Below, in pieces: positions 14,238-26,800 of a DNA stretch of 64,000 nucleotides (positions are counted from its first letter, which is position 1; every line of letters begins with the position of its first letter). Source of the DNA: Epiperipatus broadwayi (Eukaryota; Animalia; Onychophora). Below the pieces are notes generated by a model that searched no databases, was not told where the DNA came from, and was given only the letters and a program-made list of their open reading frames with translations. The DNA is taken from assembly GCA_028023455.1 (NCBI GenBank), contig JAQFVV010000005.1, positions 18,848,001 through 18,912,000 of the forward strand, given 5' to 3'. A program made the translations under genes and the position numbers.

Positions 14238-14401
14238 GGCTGCAGAAAGGAGTTTTTCTATTAACTGAAAGGAGACCCTTTGATTCCTCTTGGAGGCCTT
14301 AAAGGAACCGAGCAGGGCAAATTCCTAATGTTCACTCCATACGTTCTTGTCGTTGCAGTTGTTATTACTATGTGATTATTCATATAGTATACGAACATGG
14401 A
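14238..14401 (+). ncRNA. HDV-like self-cleaving ribozyme at the RTE 5' terminus
   Basis: P1 GGCTGCA(14238-44)/TGCAGTT(14354-60); P2 TCCAT(14336-40)/ATGGA(14397-401); P3 ACG/CGT with L3 TTCTTGT; G14361; P4 TACTATGTG/CATATAGTA; J4/2 C(14392)GAAC; ~90 nt J1/2. Confidence 0.8.
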
Positions 14402-14564
14402 TGGGCTGCTCACCAACATGCATTAGCCAGCATGGTGAGTTTATTGGCTTTTTACCTCTGAGTTTAAGATCAAGAAACACCATGGTCTTTCTTCTCAGTG
14501 CCTGATAAGGCAGAATGAATGTTTGTGTAAATGATAAATATTTTCCCAATACATATATACAATT

Positions 14565-17539
14565 ATGACAGACAAAAATAAAGCATGGCCCTTATTCCCA
14601 GGAGGCTGTAAAGTCACCAACCAAGGCAGCGTTTGGTGGCCGAAGGCGGAGGGTGCTAAGAATCCCCTGATTGCGGACCCAGGCTGCCATTTGATGACGA
14701 CTTTTTATTTAGGTACTTACAACTGCAGATCACTTTCAAGTGAAGGAAGATTGCAAGAATTAGAAGAACTCTCTTATATTAAATGGGACATTATTGGACT
14801 TTGTGAAGTTAGAAGAAAAGGTGAAGAGACAATTGATTTAAAAAGTGGACATATACTCTATTATAAAGGCACAAATATTGGAAATGCAAGTGGAGTAGGA
14901 TTCATTATAAATAAAAAGTGGAAGAACAATATTGTGGAGATTGATGGTGTATCGGACAGAGTGGCAAGATTAGTTATACAACTTAATAGCAGATACCAAA
15001 TGCAGATAATTCAGGTTTATGCCCCAACAAGTTCTCATAGTGATGAAGTAGTAGAAGATTTTTATATGGATGTACAAAAGGCTTTTGATCAGAGTAAACA
15101 CCATTTTAAAATTGTTATGGGAGACTTTAATGCTAGAATTGGTAAAAAAAATGAAAGATGAAAGTGCTGTGGGTAATTTTGGTTATGGTAATAGAAATGA
15201 AAGAGGACATAGACTTGTGGAGTTTGCAGAAAAAGAAAAACTTTATATTATGAATTCTTTTTTTGAAAAAAATGTTAAAACGAAATGGACATGGAAGCAT
15301 CCAAATGAAGGTACAGCAGAATTGGATTATATTTTGACTAACAGGAAATACATATTTCAAGATTGTAATGTTCTTAATAAATTTAACACAGGAAGTGATC
15401 ATCGATTAGTAAGGTGTAAGATACGTGTTAATGTAAAACTAGAGAGACAAAAATTATTAAGAAAAACAATATTTACAGTTGATATTCCTAATCTTCAGAA
15501 ACATTCTAATGAATTTAAATTAGAACTTACAAATCGGTTTCAAGTATTAGTAGATTTTGAACATGATTCAGATTTGAATGAAATTAATATGAAAATAACT
15601 GATACACTTTTGAAAACTGCAACAAAGATAGCTGGTAGAAAGAAACAGCAATTGACCAATAAAATTTCTACTGAGACTAGAGAATTTATGAAGAAAAGAA
15701 GGAATATGAAGATATACAAAAATGATGCATTAAAAAGAATTGAATATCTCGAATTTTGTAAAATGGTGCGGAAAAGAGTTGAAAATGATATAAGAAAGTA
15801 TAACTGTGAACTAGCAAGGAAAGCTGTAGAAGAAAATAAAAGTCTTAAGAATGTAAAACAACATTTTGGTATTGGTAGGAAATTTATATCTGCAATAAGA
15901 GAAAAAGATGGAATTATTACTAAAAGGAGAGATGGCATCATGAAATTGGTAGAAGATTTTTATCAAGAATTATATAGTAATAAAGAACAAGTACCTCCTA
16001 TATCTATTACATCTTCCAAATTGCCCAGAATTTTAAATGAAGAAGTGAGACATGCAATTAAATGTATGAAAAAAGGAAAGGCTCCAGGTAATGATGGAAT
16101 TATAATTGGATATATTAAAAGAAGCAGGTGAAGAAATAGAAATTTTTTTAGCAAAGTTATATACCAAATGTCTAAATGATAAAGATGTACCGGATGATTG
16201 GAAGAATGCAGTAATAATATTAATATTTAAAAAAGGTGATAAAGAAGATATTAGAAATTACAGACCTATAAGCCTTTTATCAGTTTTATATAAAATTTTT
16301 ACCAAGATAATTACTACTCGTCTACAGAGAACATTGGATTTCCACCAACCAAGAGAACAAGCTGGATTTAAAAGTGGTTTTAGTACAGTAGATCATATCC
16401 AGATATTGAGAGAAGTTATAGAAAGGACAAATGAATATGAGTTGCCATTATGCTTAGGATTTGTAGATTATAAAAAGGCATTTGATTCTATAAACATTTC
16501 TTCAGTGATTAAAGCATTAGATCATTAAGGTATAGATCCAGGATATTGTCATATTTTAAAAAATATTTATAAAAATGCAACAGCAACAATTAGATTACAT
16601 AATGACACTGGGAAAGTCAACATTGAGAAAGGTGTAAGACAAGGTGACTCCATATCTCCAAAACTTTTTACAGCAGTGCTGCATGAAGTATTTTGTGGAT
16701 TAAAATGGGAAACTAAAGGAGTGAAAGTAAATGGTGATTATTTAAGTCATTTAGATTTCGCAGATGATGTAGTTGTTTTTGCAAATAATGCTTCAGATCT
16801 GCAGGAATTATCAGATGAAAGTAGGACTAAAGATAAATGTTAAAAAGACTAAAGTAATGTTTAATCGATTTGCTCAAAATATGAAAATAAAGATTGATTA
16901 TGATGAATTAGAAGAAGTTAACAATTACAAATACCTTGGTCAGATTATTAATACAGATGGAAACATAATGGAGGAAATTAATCATAGAATTAAACTTGGT
17001 TGGAGTGCTTTTGGTAGAAATAACTTGATACTAAAAGGAAATATGCCTATGTGTTTGAAAAGGAAGGCTTTTAACAAATGTGTTTTACCAGTTCTTACTT
17101 ATGGATCTGAGACTTGGACACTTAATAGAAGAGCAATTCAGAGACTTCAGACCACTCAAAGAAGTATGGAGAGATGTATGTTGGGAGTAACAAGAAGAGA
17201 TCGTAAACGCAATGTATGGGTAAGAGAACAAACAGGTGTTACTGACCTCATTGGAAAAATTAAAAAGATTGAAGTGGAGTCGGGCTGGTCATATTGTTAG
17301 AAGAGATGATAATAGATGGACAATTGGAAATTTTAAACTGGATTCCAATAGATGGACAATTGGAAATTTTAAACTGGATTCCAAGAGATTGTAAAAGACC
17401 CAGAAAGAGACCACATGTGAGATGGATGGATGAAATAAGAAAGTGTGCAGGAGTGATGTGGAGAAGAGAAGCTAAAGATCTGAGAAGATGGATTAAACTT
17501 GGAGAGACCTTCATCCTGCAGTGGATTGATAATGGTTGA
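14565..17539 (+). pseudogene. RTE ORF: AP endonuclease + reverse transcriptase, disrupted
   Basis: APE motifs TYNCRSL, GLCEVRR, QVYAPT, MGDFNAR, LDYIL, SDHRLV; RT motifs YRPISLL, QAGF, FVDYKKAFDS, GVRQGD, FADD (~16757), YLG, YGSETW. Frameshifts near 15150, 16100, 16810 and 17270; in-frame TAA at 16526-28; 36-bp tandem duplication 17311-17382. Confidence 0.95.
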
Positions 17540-17598
17540 TAATGATGATATATATAGATGATAATCAAGACCAAATAATGAGTGCTGGTTCAACATGA

Positions 17599-17630
<32 letters not shown>

Positions 17631-17819
17631 TATATATTACAGACAAGGGCACAATATATATATATTGAAGGTCATTTATCTTTTTCACATTTATGAGATC
17701 ATGTATATCAGTTGTATAAGATGGTGGGGATGACTAAAGGGAGCTTGAAAGTCTGGGCTCAAATCTGCTCTCACTATAACTTATTTTTTATATGGATAAA
17801 AACTCTTATATTAAGTGAC

Positions 17820-17885
17820 TTTTTTTCATATGTTACAGCATCAGCCGGGAGGCGAACCCACAACAATCGTCTGCAACCAACCACT
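17820..17885 (-). mobile_element. 5'-truncated tRNA-Gly-derived SINE
   Basis: Reverse complement GTGGTTGGTTGCAGACGATTGTTGTGGGTTCGCCTCCCGGCTGATGCTGTAACATATG-A6 matches 10900-10969. Confidence 0.75.
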
Positions 17886-18773
17886 GAATGTGTATAATAT
17901 AATAAAATGACTATTGAAATTTTATAAGAGTAGTTAATGGGATGAAGTTGGACTAGAGAACTAATATTTTTTCTGGCTCCGAACTCAAATGTCCACATGA
18001 TTCTATAGCAATAATTATTAACTTTAAAGATATTTTGCCTGGATTCTTTTTTCCCTTCCTATTGATGGATCACAAATAGTAAGGCTTAAATTATTAATCT
18101 CTTGGTGCTAATTATGGCTCTCAGATATGTCCTATCTAAGGTACATCCTATTAAACTACTACTGCAAGAAATGTGCATCTTGGGGGGGGGGGCATTTGTC
18201 TTTTTTAGGTGTCTTTATTCACATGTTTCAAGAATGTTTGGTGGAATAGAAGTTTTAAGTATATCTAAAAAAAAAAAAAAAACATTACACATGGAAAAAG
18301 AGATATGAAGTTAATTTATTCCATATGTTTTTATTAAATGTTAATTGATTTAATTAAAAAACTAACACACATATTAATCTTTAACCGAGATTTAAAGTTT
18401 ATATCTTGGCTAAGGATAATCTGTAATTTAGTAATAAATGTAATAATAATTATTAATGTATTTACTTGAAGTAGTTGCTGTCAAAGTTACAGTACAAAAA
18501 GTTAGACATTTTAAATTTTAATTGTCACATACAGACAAATAAAGAAATGTATACTTTTAAATTAGAATAGATATACATAAAAAGTAATAATGTATAACAT
18601 ACAGTATATAAAAGTATTTTTGAAAATATGTCTGCATACATTATATATTATTATTGTTTATTTGTACGGTATTTTAATTTAAAAGTATTACTTATAGCAT
18701 TTTTTTTGCAAATAGCTTAATCTATATGCGGTGCCATAAGTCAATGCATGTGTTAGTTTAGATATTAATCACA

Positions 18774-19332
18774 GGATTTGAAACATATACCTGGAGCTTA
18801 ACCGTAAATATAGGGGATTTGAACACAGACTTTCAAGCACCCTTCAACTAACCACATTATCTCATACCACTGATACACATATACCACACACATATAGAAA
18901 GATAAATAATCACCAGTACATGTATTTCGTGCTGAACCAAAACTCATCAGTTGGTCCAGATCATTATCTCCCACATACACATATAATCAGTGCTCAATCT
19001 ATATTAAGATAACAAATCTTCATACTTTAATGGACAGGTTTCAATCTACTCCAACTCTTCAGCCATCCATACACCGAAAATCTGATGAAGGAATGCCCAA
19101 ATCCCATGCGGATGCCAATATTATTGTTATGCCCATGTTGACCTCAAGTCACTGATTATATATATATATATATATATAAGTGGGAGATGATGATCTGGAC
19201 CAACTGATGAGTGCTGGTTGTAAATTGGTGATTATTTATCTTTTCTACATGTGTGATCATGTGTATCAGTGGTATGAGATACTATGGATAGTTAAAGGGT
19301 GCTTGAAAGTTTGTATTCAAATCCCCTATATT
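18774..19332. mobile_element. Head-to-head family A insertion with 11-bp TSD
   Basis: Inverted arms ~18805-18992 and ~19150-19334; TSD TATTAATCACA at 18763-73 and 19333-43; left arm has a 31-nt extra tail; HHR 18912-18955(-) and a half-deleted HHR 19199-19228(+). Confidence 0.85.
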
Positions 19333-19909
19333 TATTAATCACAAATATTTTTAAATGCTAACATGTTTAGATTATGAATTATGACATGAAATGTGACAAT
19401 GTGTTTGGTATATTTATAAAAAATTTATGATGGAACAATGCACCAATATTAAATTTTGTTTTAAATTGGATAAAACTGCAATCAACATATTTAAAATGAT
19501 TCAAACTGTATATAAAATTAAATCTATAAATCACTAAAAGGTTTTCAAAGGGTTTGCAAGAGACACTGGAGATAATCCATCGCAGGCACATCAATAACAA
19601 TTTGTAATATCATGCAAAACATTGCAGAAATTCTTCAAACTGACCAGTGGCTATCTGTAAGAGTACTCATTACCATTTACCTATTATAGTTTAACAAAAA
19701 ATTTGGAAAAGTGAAAGTTGTTTGGTGATATCAGAGTGGAATATTACAGAGATATGCAAAGAATTGCAACAAAAATATTGAATATTTGACAAACATAGTA
19801 ACATAAAAATTGCAATATGAGCCATTAATCAAGCACCAGATTGTGGGGAAAAGATCATTAAAAGAAATAAAACCAAAAAGTTGTTAATGCAAAAGAGCCA
19901 AATCAAAAC

Positions 19910-22900
19910 ATTGTTTAGTTTTTATTTTTAAATTTTAAAGCCAATATTCAGTACAAATACATTTCTGAAGATTGGGTGTTTTGAATCACTTTTATGCCAA
20001 AATTTTGCATAGGGGGATTCATTCCATTCTTTCTAAAATACTATATCTCGTGTCTGGAAAATTGAGTATTCATTTATATAATCTCTTTAAAGCGCATGTG
20101 CATTGGCTTAATCGCTAATACTATTACATAAATAAACATTCGCGCTATATAAAATAATATCTCATAAGTATTCTGAATACAATAACAAGACTTTACTTGA
20201 TTATTGCTACATAATAACACACTGATTCTCAGTACCTTGTGCATTTCTTGGCCAAAAAAGCAGTTTTATGCTTCAATATATGCCCTATTCTTTTGATTTT
20301 TTAAATTATTTCCAAAATAAAGTTAGCCATGAAAGAGCATGTCATGATTTTAGAAGCTTGTGACAATGATTCTGCATCTATTCCAGTGAAAAATTTCAAA
20401 GACTGCTTCAAACAATTTTACAATCATTTCCTGTAGTATATTAAGTAGACAAGAAAACTATTTTGAATAATCAATAAAGACAAAATAAAACATAAGCAAT
20501 GCTTTGAGTTTTATTTCACATCAGTTAATTTTGTATCAAAATACACTCAAATGTGTATAATTTTCAATTTATTGACTACACTTCACTCCTGTACACACTG
20601 AATTGTAATGCCAATTCAAAATGATTATTTACACTAACAAGCCCATATAGAGAGAGATAGTATATCTAGCAAGTCTCTAAATAACGATGCATTATAATAT
20701 ATTGTAAATGCAAACATCATCCAGTTTTATATATGGCGTAGTTCCACTCTATATAAAAGAGTTCATATTTCTATGTAAAAAAAAAAAACATTTGTTTTTT
20801 TTATCCTTCCTTTTTCAATGCACCATTTCTTGCCACGTAAGTCATTCTTTTTTCGTTTATAAAAATCTATCTAAAAAAATCACTTCCTTACAACGATAAT
20901 TAGATTAAAGCTTTCTTATTTTTATTTACGACTTTCCTTTTTATTTTTGATACTGTGATAGACTCTCGAGACCCTTTAATAGCAATCCAACTTTGTCACT
21001 TTTAGTAATTAAACTTTCTAAGAACTCCTAAGCAATAATTATTATTATAAAATATTATTTATATGTGCACATATTAATTTTTCTTCCTGAAAGAAGACTG
21101 AGATAACTAGGCAACAGAGTAAATGATAACTCTTCATCATCATCCAAAATAGTTTGCCATTGCTTTAGAATAGCATTTACGGGAAGAAATTTTAATTAAA
21201 CTGATTGCAATAATTTTTCTTCTTGATATGTTTAAAACTATATATATAAATACTCATCAGTATAGCAAAATAAGTTTTGTTTTAAAAAAATTATAAAGAA
21301 TGATTTAAGGATATTGAGAATTTTGCTCAATAGCAATGATATGAAGAAAAGCTATGGATCAAATGAATCGAATAAACTCAAAGTAATATTCATCCTGCAC
21401 TGAATAAATAATGGTTGAAATTGATAATGATGAATAGCACTATTGGAAATCAAGAACAACACATTTCCTCTTCTCAATTTACTTGGACAACTTGTTAATT
21501 AGATATTAAGATGAATCATAGGGAAGGTATGAAGAAAGTAAATAAATGATTGATAAATTATTTTGAGCAACCAAAGAGATTATTTGGATTGGGAAATAAG
21601 TTAGTGAATGATGCAAAAATAAATGGATAATAAAAAAAAAACCTGTTTTCATTTAATAGATATGATGTAGCAAAAAAGTCTAGGGAAGAAAGTGGTAATT
21701 TGACATGTAGAAATATTGTATTGTGTGACTATAAAAGAGATATTTGATATTCTAGACTCTGCAGAATTCGAAGAGAAATAGAAAGATTTGTTTGGATGTA
21801 CATGGCAAATGATACTCTTCAAGAAGTGTTGGGATGATTAAGTTTTTACATGAAGTAGGAAATTGAAAATCATTATAGACTGCAGCTTATGAATATTAAT
21901 AGAATACTTAAATAATTTTTGATTGATTTTTTTAAGTAAACATAAATACCAAGAGGGATGAGAGAATGCTAAAGACTTGGATAAAGATTTTGTTTACTTT
22001 ATATATATATATATACTTTATATATATACTGTGTGTATATATATATATATATATGGATTTGATATAGATTGTTAATTGTTGTCATTGTAAATATTGGGAA
22101 AGGATAAGAGTTCACTAATAAAAACAAAGAAAGAGAGAGTGAATATATAAAAAGAATTTGTTAATGTAAATAGAAATAAAAACCGAGAACACCAAAATCC
22201 TTTATAATTATGCAAGGAAAATGGCTTAAATCCAAAACATCAAAGTGTTCTTGAATTTCTGGCAAGCAAAATGATAGAAAATAATGAAATAAAAGATGAC
22301 TGTTGGAGGAAAGATGTATTGCATTCAAAAAATCCAAGTGCAACTCCTCATTGAAAAAATTCATAAGCATTTTTTCGGATTTTAACAATAAATTCTACCC
22401 TCTCCCATTTTTTTTATTGCAAATCCAAACTCTGCTTAAAATTTAAACAAATATTAATTTTACTATCCGTAGAATATATATAAACACTTTTTAATATGAC
22501 CTTAATTTTAAACTTTGTGTGTTTGGTAATATTCTGCAATTCAATACTAGTGCTATAAACGCATAAACACATCTCATGCTCTGACAAAAATTGTAAAGCC
22601 TCATACTATGGGGAAACCAAAACGGCACTGGAAACTAGATTATCTCAACATAAATACTCATATACTAAGGCACAATCTGATCCAGCACAGAATTCCATTT
22701 TTGCAGAGCACCAAAAGCTTGCAGGACATCTATGTGAATTGCAAATAATCAGCCTAGTCTGCAGAGAGGAAAACTATTTGAGAAGAAAGATAAAAGAGGC
22801 TTGCTTTATTGCAATAAACAGCAATGTCATTAACAGAAAGGAAATGTGTTATTATATAGCCAGGAAATGGAATACTTGAACTTTGTATAGATTTGCATAA

Positions 22901-24169
22901 CATTAGACAATCAGTTACTTCACAAAAAGCTATGATTATGAGAGTTGTGACTCTTGAAAGCACTCAGCCTATGGTTTAATAAGATATTAAATATTAGCTT
23001 TGTGTTTATGCATTTATGCTAGTATTGAATTACAGAATAAAGACTTTTTGGATATTTTAAAAATTTATTTTATGAATAACAATATAACACTTTAGAGTCC
23101 AGAAGATGCTTTTATTTATGTCAGCACAAAAATTTTATACAGCAAATCAATATAACAATAAATCAATTTTGAAGTCCAATTAAAAAATTAAATAGTTATT
23201 AAATAGGACTAAATGTTAGAACTGGAATTAATCCAAGAACTTTATGCATCAAATTCTGACATGTTACACTGCACTGAACTATGCATAGTATCAGTGCTAA
23301 TCACCATGTGTAATACATGTTTTTTTACTATGGCTGCCATATGTGAAAATGTTGATAAATCACTTTGCATTATATATGTGCAATTCAGAAATAACTTCCT
23401 TTAACAGCTGCTTTGGAACACTCTAAAAATGCAACAGTTGCTTGATTTATATTAATACTGATATCATCACTTATTATAAATTTGCCAATTTTAATACAGT
23501 TAGATGTAATCAAGACACAATCAGAGATTCATATTAATAAAAATCTTAATTAAGAAATCTAATGTCAAAATCTATAATAAAAATGCTAATTTATAGTAAA
23601 GAATCACAGTGGTAAATATCAAGAGAATTACCATTACAAGATTAATGTAATTAATGCAGCTGTTATGTCTATTTATGTCAGTGATCCAAGGCAGCAGACA
23701 AAGGAAGTTATTCCTAAAGTTTATGTATACTGCAGAGTGATTTGTCAATCATTCATGTAGTATGGCATGATAAAAAATGTATTATACATGAAGATTGGAA
23801 CCGACATTTCTTCAAATTTATTTATATCTAATTCTATTACAAATCAATACCTTGTAATTTTGTCCAGGTAGCATAAGTTTTTGGATTAGAAATGTTAGAG
23901 ATATTCCAATTAATAGAAGTCTACCTATATTGAATAATAAAAGTGTTGATATATGAAAAAATAATATGCACCATATTTTATTCCTATTGAATTAATTTAT
24001 AAAATTGAGTTCAGTAATTAAACAACTTAAATAAAAATCAAATATTGCTTTATTTTTTATATATTAACAACTATTGAAAGTGAATTAAGTTTAAAAAGGG
24101 GAAAAAATTGGAATTTCAAAAGTTAGGATAATATAAGGCCATTATATATGTGCATCCTTTATTTTGATA
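19910..24169. repeat. Right arm of the inverted duplication, with two arm-specific insertions
   Basis: Reverse complement of 7980-11616 plus inserts at 20012-20162 and ~22482-23055. Confidence 0.92.
22559..22879 (+). pseudogene. Penelope-like GIY-YIG endonuclease fragment (no ATG, so absent from the ORF track)
   Basis: Translates to ...ISCSDKNCKASYYGETKTALETRLSQHK...SIFAEHQKLAGH...REENYLRRKIKEACFI...IN...W*. Lies within an insertion at ~22482-23055. Confidence 0.8.
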
Positions 24170-24910
24170 GCTACTAGTTACTGTTTTATATTTGCTAATT
24201 TTATATTGTTAATTTACATTTTTTTATATAGGACAATTATTTATATGGAATAATCATGTGTGTGTATATTGTAATGATCAGACTTATCAGAGTTAATTCA
24301 TTTTACATTTTCCCTATTTATTTATTTATTTACATAAATTACACAGATACCACCTGCCTTTAAGCATCAGGAAAGGAAATAAACTAATACATGTATATTT
24401 AAAATAATATTTTATTCAGTATAATAATGTAATCATTACACAGTCCCTTTTGTAATTCTGGACTAAATCATGGAGAATGTAAATTATTCCTGACGAATGT
24501 CAGTAGACCATGTAATCTTACATAAACAAGGTAACAAATCATGTAATAATTTATTTATGTGTATCATCTAGTAATGCACGAATTATTTTCTTTAATAAAT
24601 TAACAAATTATGTAACAGTAATTTATTTACAAAGTATAATCATTAATTGATATATATTTTATTTCTTTAACAAAATCCTTTAATTTTTATATATCATAGT
24701 GTCAATATATTCATATATAATATAACACATTCACCGTATCTTTAACCCTGGCTTCAATAAACTTAATTATAATTCTACACATGTGTGAACTCATAAATAT
24801 AACATTTCTTTGACTCACATGTCTCCTAGTACTTACACATACATATACCCTATATATGATAAATATCAATGCTATCTTTATCACAATAATCATAAAGAAT
24901 CATCTTCTTT

Positions 24911-25060
24911 AGATCCTAATCCTAAGCATAACCACTTATATAATAACTATAAAGGGATGGCCTATTGATCCTAACCCTAATTGAATAACCTTCTATACAA
25001 TAATTATAAAGAGTGGCCTTTAGGTCCTAAAACTAATTTAATACAACTACAATTTATACA
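24911..25060. repeat. Degenerate ~55-bp minisatellite (about 2.5 units)
   Basis: Units begin GATCCTAATCCTAA / GATCCTAACCCTAA / GGTCCTAAAACTAA; the first two end ATAAAG..TGGCCT. Confidence 0.6.
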
Positions 25061-26645
25061 GGAATGATTTATTCTGAAATCAGCCCCTGATTCCTTAAAT
25101 TTATAGGAATGTATTCTCCCATATGGATGTGAAGATATGTAAACTATTAAACATTGAACAAATAACAGTGCATATATAAATTCATCTGCATAAAATACAA
25201 TTTTCAGTAATTAAATATAAGTTTAACTGCAAATGAATAAAACTAATGGAAATAATTACATCGTTAACCACGGTTATTTGAGATTTAGGCAATTTTTATG
25301 TGTGCATTGCATTACATGATTATCATTAATTCTTTATTTTTCCCTCTTATTAATAACTTATATAAAATTCATAAGCTTAGCATACATATATAATAATAAT
25401 TATTATTATTATTTTGTTTAAAAAATAATTTTATTATGTAAAGAGAAGTTATTGCAAATTCATTTCTTTTTCTTTTTTAAACTAACAGTTTCTTTTAAAA
25501 TAGTACCCAGATAATAAGCATTATTTACAAGATCAAATCATTTAAAATAAAATACGATTACAAAACTTGTACTGTTCAAATTAATATGAAAAGGTAAGCA
25601 TACCATCAAAATAAAACTTAAGAGTACTTATCTAACTTGTGACAGATTTCTGCCAGAACTAAATCAAAGTCATTATATATATATTGTAGCCCTTGGATAT
25701 GCCCAAGACTCCATTTTTTTAATTAACTATGTAAAATAATGTTTATTAAAAATTTTCCTCATAGTTTGTATATTTTTTCTTCAATAGACAAACTTTTTAG
25801 CCAAGGCTAGGTTTGAACTCATATTCATAGGGATTGTGTACATTTTACTTGGTAGGCAATCTAAACATTTGTTATTAAAAGATTTCTAGGCAAAAGATTG
25901 TTTGATTTAATATTGATTATGGGGACAATGTAATATTACTGATGATTTATTAGATAGGCAATATTTATACATCGTTTGATAGTTGGAATGAAAAAGAAAA
26001 GAGGGGATGTGCGATTTAAAAATTAGAGAGTGGGAATAGATAGTCATAGTTTTACACAGACAAGTTAGAACTACATTGTTCATGAAATTAAGTTGTAAAA
26101 AAAAATGATTTAAAGATTAAAATATTAAACAATCGGTTTAATTAAAAAAATTGTATATGTGAAATGTGTGTGTGTATTTAATCTAGTTGTGGATTTTAAT
26201 TATAAAGTTCACAATTAAATAATAATTATTCCTTGTCATCTTGTGGGGAACTCCTTAAAGAAGAAATTATATCATTTTGATAGTTTATTCATAGCGGCCA
26301 AAATTTCAGTCAAGATTCTGGGTTTGAAGTTGAGTTGCTGTAATTTTTTATTATTATTAAAGAAAAAGTAATAGGGGGATAGAGCTTTCTCTCATTTATT
26401 CTGAGGAGAAAGTTTTTTGGTGTGATTTCCATGAGTGTAGCATTACTAAAGTAATTACTAAAGTGATTTAAGTGATATCTATAATGACAAGAATTTAAGT
26501 TTAAAATTAATTGGTGATTATCTATTGGAATGCAGAAATGAATTGGGCATGTGTTTTTTTAAGAGAGAGCAGAAGTTTAAAATGACAAGAAAGAAAAAGA
26601 AATGATGGGCAATTAATCGGAAAACACTGACCAGACATTTAGAAC

Positions 26646-26800
26646 AGTCAATGCAATGTCATGTTAGGGAGGAGGGGAGTGAAAGATGCCAGAAACTATA
26701 AGAGCTCTGCTCTTTTGTGGAGGGGGTAGCTCTATCTCAATAACTTTAGCTGGTTTTATTTCAATCTCTCTTGCAAGTCTCTCATCATCGGTTATAAAAA
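26646..26800 (-). pseudogene. Possible decayed LINE AP-endonuclease fragment
   Basis: IEIELPPPQKSRALIVSGIFHSPP resembles the central strand/IYxSP region of LINE APE domains; no other motif confirmed. Confidence 0.4.

Larger units (their letters stand above)
14238..17547 (+). mobile_element. Full-length RTE-clade non-LTR retrotransposon (LINE), inactivated
   Basis: TSD ATATATATAGAT(G) at 14226-14238 and 17548-17560; ~325 nt 5' UTR; single APE+RT ORF; short 3' end with GATAAT/GAT tail. Confidence 0.95.
14031..17770 (+). mobile_element. Family A copy split by the RTE LINE (halves 14031-14238 and 17548-17770)
   Basis: 14031-14230 matches the reverse complement of 4680-4850. 17560-17770 continues the family A sequence, with a decayed HHR whose stem III is replaced by a (TA)n expansion. 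Confidence 0.85.

Noticed and set aside
24488-24530. CCTGACGAATGTCAG
   Set aside because: A simple TGAC/GTCA hairpin with no GAAA core half.
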